In this document: in pieces, positions 55,682 to 64,000 of the stretch
Layout of the letters: each line of letters starts with the position of its first letter
Position numbering within the stretch: position 1 is the stretch's first letter
Assembly (NCBI GenBank): GCA_039096225.1
Contig: JBBPEB010000015.1
Location: 682,001 to 746,000, forward strand
Reading direction: 5' to 3'
Source of the DNA: Blastocystis sp. Blastoise
Taxonomy: Eukaryota > Protista > Bigyra: Opalinata
DNA length: 64,000 bases
Translations under genes and position numbers: made by a program
Notes under the pieces: model-generated
Database searches by the model: none
Told to the model about the DNA's origin: nothing
Seen by the model: only the letters and a program-made list of their open reading frames with translations

Positions 55682-57388
55682 TCACTAACCCCAGGATTTA
55701 AAGAGATATAGTTCTCGATATATTGTAAATGTTTAACTAAAAAAAATCGTATATATAGAATATATATATATATATATACATTGTGTGTCTTTATACATAA
55801 GATAAATTGCATTCGCCTTAATATTCTGCTCTTTAAAACGAATCTTCTCAAAATAATCCTATATATATAATATATATAGAATATAAAATTATGAAAAATA
55901 AAAATAAAATAATTTTTTTAAAGAGAATGAAAACAAATAATACAATATATATATATATATATAATATATATACAATAAGTATATGTTGATTTGTATAAAG
56001 ATGTCTATAAAGTAGTTGAACAGTTTCATTTTTCAATTGCATTTGAGTTTCATCAGCATCCTTCCAATTATTAAACTCTGTAGTAAGCATATAACCACGG
56101 GGATATGCAGTAGAGCAAGTGAGAGATTCTTGGGTATGACGCACGTAGGCGTGGATTTGTTGACGAATCAATTGGAACAGCATTGTATTAGCAGAAACGA
56201 AATCAGCTATATTATTATTATTATTATTATTATTAGATATATTATTATTAGATATATTATTATTATTATTAATATATAATAAGCTTACGTTTTCTATTGA
56301 AAGCAATATATAGATCATTTAAATAATCGAAAAACTGTGAACAGCACATATCATCAAAAATAAGTCTCTATATATACATATATAGATAGAATATTATATT
56401 TAATATATGTATAAATTAAAAAAAACTAAAAGCAATAGAAAAATAAAAGTGAATAATAAAAAACAATAAAAATAATTCATTATATACTCCGATTTCTAGT
56501 AAAAACATATTATCTGATAACTCTTGTTGTTTAGGTATAAAACCACTATATAAAGATATATATAGTGATATATATATATATATATATATACAAAAAAAAA
56601 TTAAACTTATTATAATTCGCACAGAAAAATATATAAATATTTTTGTTAAAAAAAGAAAAAATATAGATAATCATAATATATATACATAAGCATGGAAGGG
56701 ACTTCTTTATACATTTCCAAAGTGATTTCAGTTGAACTTAAGAATTCAAGAAGATGTTTATAATTCTCACTTTTCAAGAATTGCGGATAATAATGGCGTT
56801 TCATATATTTATAAACTTTATCCTAAAAAAAATATAATAAATACACTTATTTTAAATCACTTTATTATTTTTAAGACATTTATATAAAAAAATATCAAGT
56901 AATTTACTTGAGTTATTTATTATAAATGATATTCATGATAAATATATATATTTACTTGTGGTAACGAGAACATATTCAAATCCGTTCTTTCTCTTACAAT
57001 ATTTTGTTTGACAAGTTTAATATATTCTTGTGCATTAGCACCATCTATACGCTGAAAATCAATTTTTTGAGCCTTATCCTAAAAAAATAAGAATTATATA
57101 TCGAAACAGAGGAATTTCAAAATACCTCCATATAACGAGTATAAATTTTCCATGCTGTTTTTGAAATCATCTTAACATCGGCACTTAAGTGCTTATAATT
57201 CTCAACGCTAATATAGAATTCAAACCTAAAGAAGAATAGATAATGATTCTATAAAGCATACAGGTTTTGGACTCCAAGGCTTGTCATGAACGACAGGAAG
57301 AACGTATAGAAGTGTTCCACTAATCTATTAGTAAAAAATGGTAAGAGTAGATACCTGTAAGAATATCCTCAAAAGGAAACTCAATCAT
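48337..57388 (-). CDS. Very large RGS-domain + DENN-domain protein with a ~1,400-aa Ser/Pro/Thr-rich insert
   Basis: N-terminal FEDIL...FFLSFM...QNL.EFYISVENYK...AWKIYTRY...YYPQFLKSENY (RGS); CCFPNG (uDENN); FILRSDN...MFNPFCIQ/HYLCPLMP...GPFIIGV...IIDCD (cDENN); single 4.6-kb exon; TAA at 48337-48339. Confidence 0.75.
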
Positions 57389-58002
57389 TATAGGCTATCC
57401 TCTGTTATTTAAGAACAATGTAATTAGTTTTGTATTAATAAGACAACAGTTTTTAGCCAGGAGAATTAAACAAATAATTTGAAAATAGAAACACCAGATT
57501 TAATAATCTTCTTCAAACGTCAATTCAGCAACATTTTTTTATTTTCAACATGATTCAGATACAATGAATGGAAGTGAAAAATTATAAAACCCTATGGAAT
57601 CTTCATTTTGTTCTAGAAAAGTGGGGTTTTTTCACGGGTCTTCGTCATTCACGTCAAATTTGAGGTTTTAATACAGAAAAACACTTAATGCATATTGAAA
57701 AGAATAACATCAAGTTGTGCATGTATTCTATTGAAATAAATTTATGGAATATAAAAATTCATTATATCATTTGATATATTAATTTCGAACACATTGTAAT
57801 TATTTAGGTACTTACTTTTTTTCAATGACGTTTAATTTGTTTTATAATTACTCGAATATCTCAGTAAACACCGGTAAAAAATTTTAATAACAAAATATTA
57901 ATTTATATATAATAATAGCTATTTACTGTATTATGTGATTCTCATATAAATGATTAAAGACTAATATCTATCATATGAGTATGGAAATAAAAATAATCAT
58001 AA

Positions 58003-58075
58003 GGGTGTTTAGCTCAAATGGTAGAGCACTCGCTTTGCATGCGAGGGGTAACGGGATCGATGCCCGTATCATCCA
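58003..58075 (+). tRNA. tRNA-Ala(TGC)
   Basis: Cloverleaf with anticodon arm CTCGC-TT-TGC-AT-GCGAG, G3:U70 Ala identity pair, ATCGAT T-loop and downstream oligo-T terminator. Confidence 0.95.
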
Positions 58076-58730
58076 ATTTTTAATTTTATTTTGTTTTAAT
58101 ATTTTTTTGAAAGTGGTGATATCTGTATCATTCAGAGATATTTATCAACTATTTAATCATTGAACGTTTTTTTTATAAGAATTATTCATATTATATAATA
58201 TTGTGGTCCATTTTTAACATTGAGTCTATCATTTGAGTGTTATTACACATTGCTAATATTTTTATATTCATTTATATAGAATTTAATACATGTATTTTGC
58301 AATGATACTATTCTTTTGTAAAACAAAATTTCAAAAACTATTGATCATATCAGTATAAATGGGTAAGAATCATTATTATATAATAACCTTCATTTTTTGT
58401 GTGTAAAATCATTTTTTACTCGAATAATAACGAAATTAAAAATAATTATCTGTAAAAACAACTTTTAACAAAGAATTGTTTTATTATTTTTCATTGATTT
58501 CTTGCTAAAATTGTTTTTTTATGTTCTTTTTATCATTTATCTTAATTTATTCATGATTTAGTTTATATTTAGTTACTAGATGATATGTTTATGCTTATAT
58601 TTTAACAATATTGTACAAAAATATAATTATGATTTTGGTAACAAAGCAATTTTATTCAAAGAAAATGAAATTCATCTAAAAAAAGGAAACTAACGAAAAT
58701 AAAAAAATAAAATATAAAATTGGAAACACC

Positions 58731-61016
58731 TTAATGATCAGTAATGAGTGCATCAATCTTAATATAAGTACCACCGATACAAACACCTATATAAATGAGT
58801 GTTGAGTAAGATATGACTATTTTTATATAAAAAAATATATAGATAAAAACTTACAGATACCAATGACCATACAGATAATAGCCATAATTTTATTGAAAGA
58901 TCTGTAGATTGGTGTTTTATCGATAGCATTCTTAGCTTCTAAGTATAATAAACCAGGGAAGAAGAAGATGATGAGACCACCAAATAGAGATCCATTAAGA
59001 CCAACAACTGTTTCAATCTTATTAACAACAATAGAAAGAAAAACTGTAGATCCAATAACAAGAACAGAAGAACTATATATATATAATTATAAGTAATTGA
59101 ATGTAAATAATGATTTTTATGATGTTGGTAATGATAATATTGTATATATTATATATATATTTGTAATAAAAATAAATAAAAAAAAAAAAAAAAAATAAAA
59201 AAATATACATGAATCTGTAAAGGAAAGAGGATGCATCCTTATGAGGGAAGAAGATACTGTGAATAGATCCACGTACGGAGAAGAAAGGTAAAGGAGTACT
59301 GAATACCATGTTTATACCCATTCCTAAACGAGCTATCGTAGCATATATAGAAGCTAGAGAAAATAAACAAATAGATTTTTATAGAATAAAAATATGGAAT
59401 AATATAATAATAATAATAATAATAATATAATAATAATAAACATGAACATATGATATATATACTAGAAGAATAGTTAAGTAAAATATTTCCTTTAGTATCA
59501 ACACCAAATTGGAAATAACCAGCAGCTATATAAAGTAAAATAAATAATATATTATTCATAATAATATAAAGAATATATATAATAAGGAAGAGAAACATAC
59601 TACCAATGGCATAATAAGTTAGGAGAACAATACCAAAGGCAACAGCAAGAATCCAAGAGAAATGTTTCACAGAACGATTTTTTAATTCCTATTTAAAAAA
59701 AAAAAAGAATAAATGAAAATTATAGATATACATAAGAAATAGATATAATAATAGAATAGATAAACTAAACTATTGACTATGGTAGAATATAAAAATAAGA
59801 AATTATAGAGAAAATAAATAAATAAATATATACCATATAATAACGAGGAGCATTATAATGAGAAGCAAAAGCAACACACATTAAAGGAAGAGCAAGTACA
59901 CAATCACTATTAATATTTAATACTTCAACTGTCTCATTGATCTTACCATATAGACATTCTTCAACTATAGCTACAGCAGTACATAAGATAACACAAAAAA
60001 CAGCTAAGAAAGAAGTAAATTTAAGACCTTCTAAAGCTATATAAAGAATAAATCATTTATTAGAGAATAACAAAAGTATTTCAGATATGTATATTGAAAA
60101 TCAATTTAATTATAATAATAAATATATAATAATAATAAATATATAATAATAAATTTATAATAATAATAAATATATAATAAAAGAAAATAACAATAAAATA
60201 GATAAAATTACTTTTACAAAGAGAAATAGGGAAGATGCAGAATAGAGCGAGAGCACTGACAACAATAGCACGATTTTGAAGCCATTCTACATCAGGGAAG
60301 AACGATTTAAAGGCACCCATGAAATTATCTCCAACTACCACAAAATGAGCAATACAACTACCATAAGTATAACACAACATAATACCTTGAACAACATAAC
60401 CCATTACCTTGCCAAATAACATCTATATTTACAGAGTTATTTAAGAGATTATCAAAGTTATATATATATATATATATATTATTATATGCATAAACATATA
60501 TCAAGAAAATATAAAATTAAAATAAACAGAATTATTCAATATATATTTAAAGAATTATAATATAAATACAGTAGCCATATCACGATAATTGTATTGTCGT
60601 GTAATATTACAAGTTTTAGCTAAAAGGACAAAAGAATAAACACTAAGACTACACATCAAGGCAATAATTACATAACCAGGAACAAGTGAAAACTTATTAA
60701 AAGCATAGGGAAGAGTAAGAAGACCAACACCGAAAATATTATTAGCAATATTAATGATCGTACCAAAATTAGTGGCGTTACCATCAGCAGGTTCAGCACC
60801 TTCAATCAAATTGATTGAAACGGAACTGTTACGTGCAATAGATTCACCAATTATTGCTATGAAACATTAGAGATACTAAAAAGAAAGAGAATTACTTGTA
60901 CAAGTGGGATCTACGGGATTTTCGACAGGAACTAATTGAAATTAATTTATCTTCTAACAATTTTAAATACCTTCTTGAATGAGAGGTTGCTCAACAGTAC
61001 TTTCTGTTATTTCCAT
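58731..61016 (-). CDS. Amino acid transporter, AAAP/SLC38 family, multi-exon
   Basis: NIANNIFGVGLLTLPYAF, LKFTS, FASHYNAPRY, GYFQFG..TKGNILLNY, VGLNGSLFGGLIIFFFPG. Confidence 0.93.
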
Positions 61017-61386
61017 TATATATAAAACAAAAATTAATAATTATACAAGTATTTGTAATGTTAATATATTTTTTCTCCTCAAACAATTCATCACCAGAAT
61101 CAAATTGAAGGAGAATACTTTTTGTTTCTCCATTTATTCTGACCAATACGAAGAATCAAAAAGCGTTTTTATCAGGAACAATCCAATCTAATTTTTTACA
61201 TTTCTCCCCTTGAGAATTCCCAAAGAACAAGCCAATTCTGTAAAAAAAGTGAGATTATATGTCAAAAGGAATATTGTTGGTTATTCAATGAAATATACAG
61301 GCTTTTACACAAATAATCACAAACATTTTTTTATTTCTGGCTTATTTCTTTTTTCAAAAAAGAACACATCGGTATATTTGCTTATT

Positions 61387-62553
61387 ATGAGTGTAGAACA
61401 TTCTAAAAAACATTATGTTATTGCCCTTACAGGAGGGATATGTTCTGGTAAATCAACTGCTAGCAGAATCTTACAGGAACAAGGATGTGAAACAATTGAT
61501 TGCGATAAGCTAGGACATGAAGCATATGTATACTTTCATTTTTACTCATCTTTTTTTATAAACACATACTATGTTGTTTTATAACTTTATAAAAAGAATA
61601 TTTTATGTTGTTTTTCTCAATAATTTTATATAAAGAAACCAGGTTCTGTTGGCTTTAAACGTGTTGTTGAGACATTTGGACAAAGAATTGTCAAGGAGGA
61701 TGGAACAATTAATCGTCCTGTATTAGGAAGTATTGTTTTTGGTGATGAAAGTATATGAAAGGCTATATTATTATTTTTTTGATATATTTAAACACACATT
61801 TTTCATTTTTTTCTCTTTTTAGAAGAATTAGAGAAATTAAATCAGATTGTCCAACCTATCATTCACGATTTATGTCTTGAAAGAATTAATGAGTATATAT
61901 TGCATATATATTCAGGCGTTTTTGTTCTTTTAATTCATATTTTTTGTTATTTAAAATGTATATTTGTGATTTCTATAGGTCTTCTTCAGAAATATGTGTC
62001 GTGGAGGCTGCTATTCTTTTGGAAGCTAAATGGCAAGATCTTGCTGATGAAGTATATTTCAAAGTTATTATAATATATAATACTTTTTTTGGCTTTATAT
62101 ATATATATGTATATATACAGATTTGGGTTGTTTCTATTCCTACAGAAGTAGCTATTGAACGTTTATCATCTCGAAATCATTTAAAATATCATCTCTATAT
62201 AATATATACTATATATATAATATATAATATATAATATATAATATATAATATATAATATATAATATATAATATATAATATATAATATATAATATATATATA
62301 ATATTCTATATCACCTTAATAATTCTATTCGTTCTCAAGCTATTGAAAGATTGAATTCTCAATGGAGTAATGAGCAAAGAGAACAATTTGCGACTAAAGT
62401 ATATTTTCATATAAACTTCTTTTCATTTTTATATATTTTTATTTCATTGTTTTATTATAGGTATTTTATAACATTAATCAAAAAGAATTCGAAGAACAAG
62501 TATTAACATGTTTTCATGAAGTACAAAATAAACTGATAAAATCTAATAATTAA
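61387..62553 (+). CDS. coaE: Dephospho-CoA kinase
   Basis: IALTGGICSGKST, IDCDKLGH, INRPVLGSIVF, LNQIVQP, VVEAAILLE, ERL..R...AIERLNSQ; TAA at 62551-62553. Confidence 0.93.
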
Positions 62554-63499
62554 ATTGTATCTTGACTGTTTTATGTACTATATATGTATATATATGTATT
62601 TATGATATTATTTAATATATTATTACTTAATGTGAGCATTTCATTCATTTGCTATAGTTTTTATTAATATAATATAGTAAGATATTACTATTTATAATAA
62701 AGAAATAAGCATTCTAATGTGTAACTAGTAAGCAATATTGAACACAATATATCAATATACTTTTATAATTATTTTTAAAAATCATGAATTAATAATATAT
62801 AAACGAATAATTTTTAAAATGTTGTTGAAAATATGAAAATATATAGAATAATGAATCAATTCATAAAAGAAACAATCTGTATAGAAAAGAGTTACTTAGT
62901 CTATTTATAATCACTAATTCTTGTCTAGTTTTATTATGTACAAAATTCTACTTGATGATTGTTTTACATTGCTTGCAAATGATAATTCTAATTATAACTC
63001 ATATCACCTAGTATTTGCTATCACTAAATAATCATCACACTTTATTTTCCTAATTCACTAATATTTTAACTTTTATATTCTTTGACTATAATAATTAGAA
63101 TGCTAAGGTTAATGATACTATTATATACAAACTATTTATGATAATAGTTATACATTTTCACATGTAATCACACATTCAACTTGCAAATGATTCGAAAATA
63201 ACGAACATTACTATGTATACATACATCTATATGATTCTATTCATAAAAATATATAAATAAATCTATCAATTGCAAACTAAATAAAGATCACATAATTGAA
63301 TTTCCGACTTTGAATTCGAACAGCGTTCATTTATTGTATTCTTACTCTTACAAGTATCAAACATGTCAAAGCAATAGATATCTATTTTTATTTTAAGAAT
63401 TAGTTAAACGAACAAGAATCGTGGAAAAATCCAGATTTTTCTCTCATTTTTGGTTGAAATAAACAAATTGTTGTTTCTCATTTTTTTTCTCTTTAAGCA

Positions 63500-64000
63500 T
63501 TATATATAAAGTGTTTGTGATTAAAACCTAAGGTAGAAAAACTCTATTTGAAGCTTTCATTACAGAATTTATACTTATTCTGGAAACAAAAAATCATTTT
63601 CAATGTTTAATTCCACGTCATATCAATCAAAAGATGAGTACAGATTCACAGTGTTGGTATGATTCTTAATTTATAAATATATGATTATTTAAATGATTTA
63701 GTATTCATTGAAGAAAAGTACTGATCTCTTTCTTATTGAATCCAAAGATACTATTTTTACGTATGACTATCCATGTGTCTCTTTGTTATGTATGTATTTA
63801 TATTATTCTCTTTGTATCTTTAATATTATAACTATTCATTGTATAGTAAAGAATTTATTAAATTGTTTTATATCTGATTTGAATCCAAAGAAAAATGAAG
63901 CTATGCTTTGGGAACTTATTGAAGAGTTAATTAATTCTCAAGAGAATTGTACCATGTTTCGTTCACCAGAATATATAAAACATCTTGTATGTTTTTTTTT
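63500..64000 (+). other. Exon-like segments of an unidentified gene or pseudogene running off the window end
   Basis: Coding-like blocks bounded by GTATG/TAG (for example 63847-63987), but the most obvious splice model gives an in-frame TGA. Confidence 0.3.

Noticed and set aside
57975-58163. 62-aa ORF
   Set aside because: Overlaps the tRNA-Ala gene; spurious

Overview
Very AT-rich, intron-dense eukaryotic (protist) nuclear DNA. Introns are mostly GTATA...TAG, and many are inflated by microsatellites. Short 5' introns and TGTTTGTT motifs after a stop codon suggest a Blastocystis-like stramenopile (inference). Host genes in order: class I histone deacetylase (5' partial), DIX-like + ELMO-domain protein, RI-type LRR protein, secretory FKBP, fucosyltransferase-superfamily protein, divergent H2A/H2B pair with identical 3' histone stem-loops, phosphatidylserine decarboxylase, multi-ubiquitin-like/helical-repeat protein ending in a CaaX box, two tandem CDF metal transporters, a 76-aa ORF, YOP1/REEP, a very large RGS+DENN protein, tRNA-Ala(TGC), an AAAP amino-acid transporter and dephospho-CoA kinase. 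The main discovery is a 15.3-kb Mutator-like element (23665-38966) with ~54-bp TIRs starting GAGATAATT and a perfect 10-bp TSD (GTTTTTTAAA). It encodes an apparently intact 6-exon MULE transposase and also carries a decayed, intron-containing fragment of a host gene (POL5/MYBBP1A-like), i.e. a giant, potentially autonomous Pack-MULE. All domain calls come from motif recognition by eye, not from database searches.
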